Below the pieces are notes generated by a model. The model did no database searches and was not told the DNA's origin. It saw only the letters and a program-made list of their open reading frames with translations. 32,888 nt of DNA from Patescibacteria group bacterium (GTDB lineage Bacteria > Patescibacteriota > Patescibacteriia > 2-12-FULL-60-25): NCBI GenBank assembly GCA_018061485.1, contig JAGOUA010000002.1:1-32888 (forward strand), in the 5' to 3' direction. A program made the position numbers and the translations under genes. Shown in pieces: positions 25,701 to 32,888 of the stretch. Numbering within the stretch: position 1 is the first letter of the stretch; each line of letters starts with the position of its first letter.

Positions 25701-28700
25701 TCGGAACAGTTGTATCGCAGCCAACGTCCGCGGACGAGACTCGACAATCCACACTTGGGCCCGCATTCTGAGTCGCACCGCTAGGCAAAGCGTCTGGTAC
25801 GCACTTTCTCCCTTCAAACGGACCAGTTGCGCAGACTCTATCGTTATACCCAATAGCCTGCTCATTGTATTTATACACCCTATAGATACGAGCGAAGACG
25901 TTTGTGAGATACCCGTATTTATCCTTAGGCGCATTTTCCGTAACAGGTCCAAAATAAGTCGATCGACCAGAAGCAAGGAATACTGGCGGATTAAGCGCAG
26001 AAACGCCAGCGATTCTGCCGCCGCTTTGATACAGAGGATCGGCTCCGGCGGATCGAGTATTGAGCGCACTGGAGAATGGAGCAAACGTTTCATTGCGCTT
26101 GATATTTAGTACCGGAATTGTGTATTTTGATTCTTGCCATACACGGTCGGTAAAAGCAGCGTCTTGACCCGTTTCCGATGATCGTACTTCAGCAATCTCT
26201 TTACAAATATCAGCCGTACTCACCTTGATATTCATGTAGATGAAGCGATTATCCGTTACCGCTTGACCGGCGCAGGTAGAAACCCAAAAACCTGTTAATC
26301 GCCATGGACCGCGTATATCCCTCGACGTACGCTGACTAGGATCTCCAGATTGATTTGCGTCAGGAGACTGGAATACTGCTCGGATAGCGTAGTACGGCTT
26401 ATCAGAGGCGCAAGACTCGTAATAGGGTGATCCGCTCAAGTCATTGAAGCTCGCCGTCGCGCCACGATCACCTGAGAAAGCCTCAAACTTTCGCTTATCC
26501 GTTGAACGATAGCCGATTTCCCAGGTTTTGAAGTAGCAGCTATCTCCAGGAGCTGGCTCCGCCTGCAAACCAATACCCGTACTATCTGATAAGTTGACAC
26601 AGTCGCCTCGATACGGACTTCCGTCTGGAAGAGTCATTAACTTCTCTGATCCCCGAGTAAGATACGTAGAGATGTCTGGCTCAGCATAAAAAGCTTGCTG
26701 CCATCTTGCATCCTGTTGCTTAATTTCGTCGATATCAGAGTAGTCTCTAACAGTTACACCATCTACCCAATCCTCTTGATAGCCACACGCTAGACGACCA
26801 ATACCATTAGGGTTTTTAAACGGCTTGATCTCGATAAAGCTAAAATTCTGCTCATTTACACCCTCTGCAAGACTGGCTAGCGTCTCAGATCCCTTAACGG
26901 CTAAAGCAAACTGCCTTGCTCGAATAGAGTAAAATGCTTCCGCGTAGTTCCTTCCCTCCCCTCTACCGGTAGCTACGAGGCGAAGAGCCCATGGATCCGC
27001 GTCATATCCCCCGTCATCCTGATGATCGTCGGCATCTTCACACTGAACCGCTGCCGTACTCCCACGCGGAAGAGCCGAATCAAAGTATGCTCCTCGCTCA
27101 TTCCCATCAGCTCCAAAAACACCCGTATCATCAGACACAAAGTCATCATCATAATCCAATCTACTTACAGGTACACTCTTAAAATAAGCAGCGTCAAGAT
27201 TAAAGGATACAGGATTCTTGGTTCGAGCCGTGCAGTAATACTGACCCGAGTTTTGCGGAGGAAAGTACCCGGCCGTATCGACATAGTGATACGGATCGTT
27301 CCGCCCACCGATCACCGGCGAAGGATTCCACGTCAAACAGCTGTAGACCTCCTCACCCAATGGACCACGTGCACGCGTTGTGTCGTATTCAAGACACGCC
27401 CCCTCGACGCCGCGAACAATTTCGGCGCGTTCAAACGCCACACATCGGCCACCGCCCGTCAGTGGACCACAGGACTGGGCGTTATTTGCCGCCTCAGCGA
27501 TACGCGCTGATGTCGAAGTAGAATTCGAGACGTTAAACACTTCGGACGGCAGACACGCCTGACCATCACGAGGACCGCCAACACAGATTCCTGGAGGAAC
27601 CGCTTGAGAATCGGCCGCAAAGAAGAGCGGGCTTCCGCTGCCTGAGTAGGTCACACGCTTATACGAACAGAAGCACTCTTCACCATAGGCGCAGGTATTC
27701 GCGCTCGAGAAACCAGCCTTATTCCCCTGTGGGCGAACGGGGTTCTTACTCATGTCCCACGAAGTCACTACGCTGGTTGGATACGGAGCGTCCGCCTCAG
27801 GATACGCGCGACACATCGTGCGTGGGTACGCCTGATCAAGCACCAAATCTTGCGTATCAGCCCCACTTACGCCCAATTTCGCTTGAAGTGCAGCAAACGA
27901 CGTCGCCGCTTCAGCACTTGTGAATGGGAGATAACAGTTTAGCGGAACTCCTTCTCGAGCCTCATTCACGACATAATAGCCCATCATTCCCGTCCCCCTG
28001 TGACGACATAATCCGATGTCTCTTCTCGATAGGTTAATGTAGAGAGCAACGTTGGTATCTCGAGGCAACATCTCTGCCTCGTTTGCCTGCGTTGGAGCAA
28101 GAAGATGACGCGCACGATCTCCACGAGTAACACTCGAAACGTTCACCGGCGGCATGCTCACCGCCACAACAAGACGCTTATCCTTTGCGTTCGCCGCTTC
28201 GCCCGTCAGAAGATCCGCACTCACCGAACGCGAGACCAGGTCTGTTACCTGAAAACTCTGCGGAATCGTGTAACCAGCGTAATCACGTCCACCGATACCC
28301 GTTGGGCGACTGGTGTACGTAGCCGCATCAAAGAAGACCCCTTTCGCCAACACCGGCTCGGTACTGGTTGAGGCGCGGTTGACGTAGTTCGTACAGAACG
28401 ATCCTCCGCTGGTTGCTTCGCCTGCCTTGTCACACAAGGCCACCTGCGTACACAGCTCTTTATAACGATTTGTCGCTGGATCGTACACCGTTTCTCCTGA
28501 AGCACACCCAAGCCACTGCGCGCAATCACGATCCATTTTTACCTTCACCACCAAGTTTGCGTCATTCAGAGACGTCTCGCCCACGCTTCCACCGAGAGAC
28601 AATACGCTACCACTCACCAAGCTTCTACCCGTACTACTAACGATGCTTGATGTACCGCGAGACGCTGTACACCCTGGTTGAGACGCATCGCGCGCGCAGT

Positions 28701-31700
28701 CTACCGGCGTGACGGATTGGAGATTATTTTGTCGATAAGCAGCATCCGTGGCACGCGCGCTATACAGAAGCCGAGCATCAGACATGGCTCGCACAAGCAC
28801 ACAACCACGCGCTGGATCGACCTGACCGTTACAGGAACGCGTATCAATACGGTTGTCGTAGATAAAGTGGTACGAACGGCCCGTCGCCCCCGCCGCCGTA
28901 TCCATCGGATCGCGGAACTCCGTACATTCGGCCTGTTCTACAGGACACGTACCCGCCCAGCCTGCATATCCAGGCGCTGGAACCGCATCCCCGGTACGGA
29001 GCATCAAGAAGATCTGTCCGCTCGCAAGGGCATTTGGATAACATGGGGTATTCTCTCCCTTCACAAACCATCCACCGTACGTACCGGCGGGCACACCCGC
29101 CACACCGCTCACCGGAACCTGCGTACGATATTCACACACATGATTTTGCGGATCTTTAAAGTACTCACGACCGGCTGCGGTGGTGAATTCTTCACAGAAG
29201 AGTTCTGATGGACGGCACAAGCCTTCGCCATACTTGGTGACGTCATCTTTTAGGTACACCGTTTCGTAACGATCTACCGAAGCGCGATCCTTCGAGAAGA
29301 CCGGTTTACCAAAGGCGCGACAGCTCGCGTTTTCAGCGTTACATCGCTTAGATGGCTCGTCGATCAGATAGACATACCGGTCGCCAAGGGCACGCGTCAC
29401 CGAAGGGCCTGCTCCATCTTGCAGAGTAAAGGTCTGATCGTACGGACTCGTAGAGTTACGCGTATCGATAAACTGCTTACAACCGATAGCCGCTGGACGA
29501 CACAACTGGCTAAATTGACGGACTTGGACCGCCTGACCGGCACGATTTTGATATTCACGACACCCAACCATCGCTTGAGGCTCTGGAACGCCATAGGCGT
29601 TCTGATCACATTGCGCAGGGGTATTCCACGTATTGCGACGCACGAACGCCACATCGCGAATCTGCAAGACAGAGACTTCATCCAAGAAGAATGCCACCGG
29701 CGTTGCTGTTGGACCCGCCACCGTAAAGTTGAGACGCGACTTCGCTCCTACTTGCCCGTTAAAGAGTCCGAGGTTCACCTGCTGCCACTCGGTGGTGACA
29801 CGCACCGTTCCCACGGACTGTGGATTCGTGTTCCCTTCTGTCGCGACTTGTACACCAAGCGATGTAGGCGCACTTCCTTTCATCCAAAACGACACACGAT
29901 ACAAGCCCGTGGCGGTACTTGGAAACGCCATCGAGATGGTCCGACTTTCCGCCGCAGGAGCGTCCACGCGATACGAACGATCGCCCACCAAAATAGACTC
30001 GGTGGATTGTGTTGCTCCCGTAATATCAGACGTAATATCTCCCGTCGCACGGAACACGCTCAAGGTATTTCCCGCCTCGGCACCTGCATACGCACGACAC
30101 CCCGCCGCTTCTACGCGACACGAGCGACTCTCTGGCGCATAGGCTTGATACAGACAGGAGTTGTCGTTGGACTGATACACGCCGCCCGTCTTGGCACAGT
30201 CATCTTGATTCGACGCGCTCAAGCGGTACTGACGACAGTCTTCCGTGGACAACACGGTTTGCGAGTAGTAGCGGTAAAATACGCCGCCATCAGCGTTGTA
30301 GAATTGACGACAGTCTGGATCTGTCCCCGTACGCCAAGCGTCTTCGTTACAACCGTTTGGTGCTTTTTGCGAAAAGAGATCTCCTGAGCGTTTAACCACA
30401 ATGCGAGGCGCGCTCGCTGTCGTGATCGCTGCTCCTTCCGGAGGGACGTCTCCCGGCTTGCTATCCGTGCGCTTTTTTAAGCTCCATGTACGCAACTGGT
30501 ATCCCGTTGAATCCGAACCCTCCCACGTAAAGTAGGTATCCGTGTCAGAGGATGGCTGCTCACAAAACCGTAAGCTCGCGAAGGCCGCTTGAGACTCGCC
30601 TCCTTGCGCAGCACTGTCTGCAACCGTAAATACCTCACAACCCACCTCTTCTTGCGAACATTGTTGCGCTGTACTTGGAATAAAGTAGTCTGCACGAGGC
30701 TCGGAAGCGTCGTTAAAGTCTGGCGTCTCGCTCTTCACCAAGTCAAACGAAGAAGCAAGCTTGCGGTATTCAGCATACCCAACACACGCGGCTGGACAAA
30801 AGTCTCCCGAGCCAACCTGCGCCGCGAGCTCTGGAAAACCGCCCGATGTGTCGGTATACCCTTCACACCCCGCCTCAGACTGACGACACACCTTCGCGAA
30901 GTTCGCACACGATGGAGGATCTGTTTCAGCGCCTGTACACGCAAAATCATCTGGAGCGATCTTGATTGTGCTCGCTGCAAGGGTGGTATTCAGGCCGTTC
31001 ACGTACGGAGCAGCCACCGATCCCTCTTCGAGCTGAACCGCATCCACCAGGGTATTTGCCCCTTGAATAACGATTTCTCCCGCGCGCGTCGAGGCATTTG
31101 CGGTAAACGAACACTGAATACGTGCCCAAGATGTGCCGTTCGCATTCTGTAACGCCGCGCCCAAGATATGGTCTGTGCTTGGACCAGACGCTCCAAAGAT
31201 CTCACAGTCTCGCGTACGAAAATCTGTCGCGATCTGTGTTCGCGTGATTGGGGAAGTGCGAGCAATCGCATCGGCTCGCGTTGGATACTGACGAATACCG
31301 ATCGATCCCTTTGGCGTTGCGCCGCTCTCATCCAATACGCGCACAAACCCGGACACCACATAGGTTCGCCCCGGCGTCATGTCGACGACTTGCGTAAAGC
31401 CAGACGTGAATCCACCAGCAAAATGCGCGGCGGTGGCGCCATCAGCGGTTGCTTCACCCGCTGGAACCGTCGCACGAAGAAAACCTCGATCCGTTCCAAC
31501 GAGTGGCGACCACGCGTCCATCAACCCTTGATCCGTCGTTCGATCTTCAAAAGAGGGGTTTTTTATGACATTCAAAGAACTCTCACCCAAACGTGTCGCA
31601 AGAACGCGCGTACATCCTTCGCCCGAAGCCTCACAAGATTCGAGCGTGCTATCAAAGTACACACGATCTCCCGTAGTCGCCGTGCCGATCCAGGCATCCG

Positions 31701-32888
31701 ATCGCCCACCAGACGTGTCGCGAGACGTTGCATACCACAAACATCCAACGTTATCTTGAGAACAACGTCCGTAGTCCAACGTATTGCGCAAGTATGACAC
31801 CTGTTCGTTCGTGCGGCTGGTATACGCTCGGCAACTCGCAAAATTCGCCGAACACTCGTTTGCGCCAAAGCGATAGACGGTTTTTTCTGCGACACACTGA
31901 CCATAGCCACCGATACACTCACCCGCGTCATTGCGACGAAGACAGGTCTGAATGTCCTGGCACTCTTCGCGACGCTGTGGCAAGCCGTTTCCTAAAGCTG
32001 TTTCGCCAAATCCCGTTAATGCACATTGCTGCGGCATCATGGTGAGCGCCCAGTTTGGATCGATCAACTTACACCACGGATGCGCGTTATCTTTTTCGCC
32101 GCGCTCGTTACATTGCGTAAAACCATCTACCACCTCGCCCAACGTGACACACCCTTCGCTTCCGCCACAGCGTTGGACGTTTTTTGGATCGTTTGCCGCA
32201 AACTCAAAACCCGCCGGCAAGATGCGCATCGCCCGCATTTTCTTGAGGTTCCCTGAGCAGTATCCATAGGTGTAGCACAATGGATCGCGTTCTTCACGCG
32301 TGTTGCTCGATGGATACAGCTTCCAATCCGCCTTGAGATACCCACGTTCGATCGCTTCACGAATCGTGAACATGCCAGAATCCCCGGAAGAGCGCAGCGC
32401 CTGACCGAGGCCTTCATCCATCGTACAGTTCCACGTTCCGCGCGCTTCTGGACACGACTGCAATTCCGTCAACACTTCGTACGAACGCTGCTGGAACAGA
32501 CTTGGTGTACGCAAACTAATATTCGCTTTACGAAGATCCTCGCGATTTGGCGCAAGCAAATCATCTGGATTATTCACCGAAGCAAAGCGACGCGCCGAAA
32601 AATCAAACATGTCCAACCCTTCAGACATAATTCTCCCGAGCATCTTGGACGAAAGCGTGTTCACGAACACCGATCCGGTATACACCGCGATCATGTGCAC
32701 CGAACGCAAGCTGAGAGCGCTCGAAAGAATGGCTTGATTGATTTGATGTTGCGTGGTTTTTGGCTGCTTCACAAACTGCTCGTTCACCTCTTCACGAATC
32801 GTCGCCGAAGGGGTGCGGATACGTCCCGAGACAATATCCCGCAACGACTGATAGCCCTGACCCTCTTTTCGATCTTGTGCCGCCGTTT
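22756..32888 (-). CDS. giant Cys-rich secreted/surface multidomain protein (at least 3,376 aa), 5'-truncated by the window edge
   Basis: The single ORF stops at 22756. The M at 32844 in the ORF track is a TTG codon, and the frame stays open for 14 more codons (..TAAQDRKEGQGYQS) to the window end. It contains two CBM4_9-like jelly-roll modules (NPSFED...VDAVQLEEG; LYRVSFWMKG...FFLDEVSVLQI), a PKD-like VDWGDG...HVY segment, about 136 Cys and no TM segment in the visible part. Confidence 0.9.
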   Translation of the reverse strand, partial: TAAQDRKEGQGYQSLRDIVSGRIRTPSATIREEVNEQFVKQPKTTQHQINQAILSSALSLRSVHMIAVYTGSVFVNTLSSKMLGRIMSEGLDMFDFSARRFASVNNPDDLLAPNREDLRKANISLRTPSLFQQRSYEVLTELQSCPEARGTWNCTMDEGLGQALRSSGDSGMFTIREAIERGYLKADWKLYPSSNTREERDPLCYTYGYCSGNLKKMRAMRILPAGFEFAANDPKNVQRCGGSEGCVTLGEVVDGFTQCNERGEKDNAHPWCKLIDPNWALTMMPQQCALTGFGETALGNGLPQRREECQDIQTCLRRNDAGECIGGYGQCVAEKTVYRFGANECSANFASCRAYTSRTNEQVSYLRNTLDYGRCSQDNVGCLWYATSRDTSGGRSDAWIGTATTGDRVYFDSTLESCEASGEGCTRVLATRLGESSLNVIKNPSFEDRTTDQGLMDAWSPLVGTDRGFLRATVPAGEATADGATAAHFAGGFTSGFTQVVDMTPGRTYVVSGFVRVLDESGATPKGSIGIRQYPTRADAIARTSPITRTQIATDFRTRDCEIFGASGPSTDHILGAALQNANGTSWARIQCSFTANASTRAGEIVIQGANTLVDAVQLEEGSVAAPYVNGLNTTLAASTIKIAPDDFACTGAETDPPSCANFAKVCRQSEAGCEGYTDTSGGFPELAAQVGSGDFCPAACVGYAEYRKLASSFDLVKSETPDFNDASEPRADYFIPSTAQQCSQEEVGCEVFTVADSAAQGGESQAAFASLRFCEQPSSDTDTYFTWEGSDSTGYQLRTWSLKKRTDSKPGDVPPEGAAITTASAPRIVVKRSGDLFSQKAPNGCNEDAWRTGTDPDCRQFYNADGGVFYRYYSQTVLSTEDCRQYRLSASNQDDCAKTGGVYQSNDNSCLYQAYAPESRSCRVEAAGCRAYAGAEAGNTLSVFRATGDITSDITGATQSTESILVGDRSYRVDAPAAESRTISMAFPSTATGLYRVSFWMKGSAPTSLGVQVATEGNTNPQSVGTVRVTTEWQQVNLGLFNGQVGAKSRLNFTVAGPTATPVAFFLDEVSVLQIRDVAFVRRNTWNTPAQCDQNAYGVPEPQAMVGCREYQNRAGQAVQVRQFSQLCRPAAIGCKQFIDTRNSTSPYDQTFTLQDGAGPSVTRALGDRYVYLIDEPSKRCNAENASCRAFGKPVFSKDRASVDRYETVYLKDDVTKYGEGLCRPSELFCEEFTTAAGREYFKDPQNHVCEYRTQVPVSGVAGVPAGTYGGWFVKGENTPCYPNALASGQIFLMLRTGDAVPAPGYAGWAGTCPVEQAECTEFRDPMDTAAGATGRSYHFIYDNRIDTRSCNGQVDPARGCVLVRAMSDARLLYSARATDAAYRQNNLQSVTPVDCARDASQPGCTASRGTSSIVSSTGRSLVSGSVLSLGGSVGETSLNDANLVVKVKMDRDCAQWLGCASGETVYDPATNRYKELCTQVALCDKAGEATSGGSFCTNYVNRASTSTEPVLAKGVFFDAATYTSRPTGIGGRDYAGYTIPQSFQVTDLVSRSVSADLLTGEAANAKDKRLVVAVSMPPVNVSSVTRGDRARHLLAPTQANEAEMLPRDTNVALYINLSRRDIGLCRHRGTGMMGYYVVNEAREGVPLNCYLPFTSAEAATSFAALQAKLGVSGADTQDLVLDQAYPRTMCRAYPEADAPYPTSVVTSWDMSKNPVRPQGNKAGFSSANTCAYGEECFCSYKRVTYSGSGSPLFFAADSQAVPPGICVGGPRDGQACLPSEVFNVSNSTSTSARIAEAANNAQSCGPLTGGGRCVAFERAEIVRGVEGACLEYDTTRARGPLGEEVYSCLTWNPSPVIGGRNDPYHYVDTAGYFPPQNSGQYYCTARTKNPVSFNLDAAYFKSVPVSRLDYDDDFVSDDTGVFGADGNERGAYFDSALPRGSTAAVQCEDADDHQDDGGYDADPWALRLVATGRGEGRNYAEAFYSIRARQFALAVKGSETLASLAEGVNEQNFSFIEIKPFKNPNGIGRLACGYQEDWVDGVTVRDYSDIDEIKQQDARWQQAFYAEPDISTYLTRGSEKLMTLPDGSPYRGDCVNLSDSTGIGLQAEPAPGDSCYFKTWEIGYRSTDKRKFEAFSGDRGATASFNDLSGSPYYESCASDKPYYAIRAVFQSPDANQSGDPSQRTSRDIRGPWRLTGFWVSTCAGQAVTDNRFIYMNIKVSTADICKEIAEVRSSETGQDAAFTDRVWQESKYTIPVLNIKRNETFAPFSSALNTRSAGADPLYQSGGRIAGVSALNPPVFLASGRSTYFGPVTENAPKDKYGYLTNVFARIYRVYKYNEQAIGYNDRVCATGPFEGRKCVPDALPSGATQNAGPSVDCRVSSADVGCDTTVPTSVFACNALSGINAGASCGNAESTTCHTAALDRRTTARSPVPLLTACNINASEGWSVNSSGQYIKAGETRGPLRVEDAAKLGAFRCASGAVRLTSLSATTEVLDTYPEPGSSSAGQAGGSPRVVQVGLVADSASRNIPAETLYCTRPTEGVSVDCPLEVSGTCVGRNGLTPGRCRVSWAAAVSRPAVVNAETDVQCYMDTDCSFTAEHFWKNAGRYQSSSDYYVDGRVGAVRVARHDQWSVTSRTCENGPCTFLDAELGRTYTISATPIERTEVAGITIETRISELDRFPGAQVVSLQSVTASDTQSPLRARYTVGACEQYTTGYQYAAQTGVCPSSAGNRAGRSCLVVTQNTRNAWRYTQWEQAQSCGVVSSSGRTCSNDPSRQCTGEGTVGCLAGGVCRASDRCEPVADFAPGVSRTEVLSVVNSIPSPFCVLPGGRGAGQTAVDYWNVGEVQENRRNKNTDNNRCTAEIGYVPDTQLCSDPRNEFCGLRAYDMRVVDARGERGDVDASLRSAGTRLPTDVTLGHYTPSYLGLLGVSESSYQYIDYYTPRPPRIAAPATSCPTGASCPVQELDVFSFNGVTQGILNVVGGQQRSTIKFFGWAAHEQMALRRLAVDWGDGFVQSFDDVKLKNRKPFCSVQKECYSPTSRFTGLTCQSDSDCPLSAQACRPMGSCKDKPHIVCGQDSDCRTDGTQDTCTFRSFFGNSGEACEASPFEFSHVYTCPANAQQTLPSCTGQNLASGGASVDYEAIGVRAGTCYFGGADSLIYDAFGNTRPTCTVTADCQAAYDARFGAGSYLALGSSVTGASCGPVAVTTVLPTATQARCSQDPSRFCRADNDCAAGDRCIQAGLAPAGGCWDAQNNACRYTPRVFLQDNWGWCSGECRTIKTGEMLSDAPNSYVRHAYGGCYSPLVGNDGSSMTRLNTAGSSPTALNGAMECSQSYPQGNLQLQGGAVRAGSDARDYRPWIVFPGSLQLRPRR

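Noticed and set aside
22990-32417. Dozens of 60-320-aa ORFs on both strands inside the giant gene (e.g. 29419-30387 +, 25569-26093 -)
   Set aside because: All are nested within one continuous 10-kb reading frame. Their translations are low-complexity (Arg/Ser/Thr/His-rich) with no motifs, so they are frame shadows.
32842-32844. Apparent start codon (M) of the giant ORF in the track
   Set aside because: The codon is TTG and the frame remains open upstream to the window edge, so I treat the gene as 5'-truncated rather than starting here.
1-32888. CRISPR arrays, transposases/IS ends, integrases, rRNA/tRNA genes
   Set aside because: No regularly spaced direct repeats, no DDE or tyrosine-recombinase-like ORFs and no conserved rRNA or tRNA motifs turned up while reading the window.

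Overview
This is a 32.9-kb chromosomal segment of roughly 50-55% GC. It is transcribed almost entirely on the minus strand, with very short or overlapping gene junctions. The gene content is housekeeping for a small-genome bacterium. I infer a Patescibacteria/CPR-like organism from the compact one-strand layout, the starts lacking a Shine-Dalgarno (SD) sequence, an orphan ATPase resembling a type IV coupling protein (T4CP) with a membrane partner, and giant surface proteins; the window cannot prove this. Reading right to left on the minus strand: (1) a 5'-truncated giant secreted multidomain protein (22756-32888, at least 3,376 aa, about 136 Cys by hand count); (2) a CIRCE/HrcA-controlled heat-shock operon hrcA-grpE-hsp20-dnaK-orf132-dnaJ (14840-20024); (3) nusA-yidC-secD-secF (9626-14710), where SecD carries an inserted PrsA/SurA-like parvulin module; (4) a 2-TM membrane protein plus a soluble TraD/VirD4-like P-loop ATPase (6217-9578); (5) an L,D-transpeptidase, an S11 D-Ala-D-Ala carboxypeptidase, rlmN, mnmA, a membrane protein and HU; (6) an edge-truncated secreted Gly-rich repeat protein (1-950) that the ORF track misses. 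Only two genes lie on the plus strand. One is a wHTH-ComF-like phosphoribosyltransferase fusion with a heptamer-repeat operator in its promoter. The other is a compositionally foreign Cys-rich lipoprotein (GC3 about 95% by hand count, strong SD) that converges on the giant gene. The most interesting items are the giant Cys-rich protein with its foreign lipoprotein neighbour, the orphan T4CP-like two-gene module, the SecD-foldase fusion, and a covarying ~85-bp hairpin repeat bracketing the HU gene. I recognised no rRNA, tRNA, CRISPR or transposase genes.
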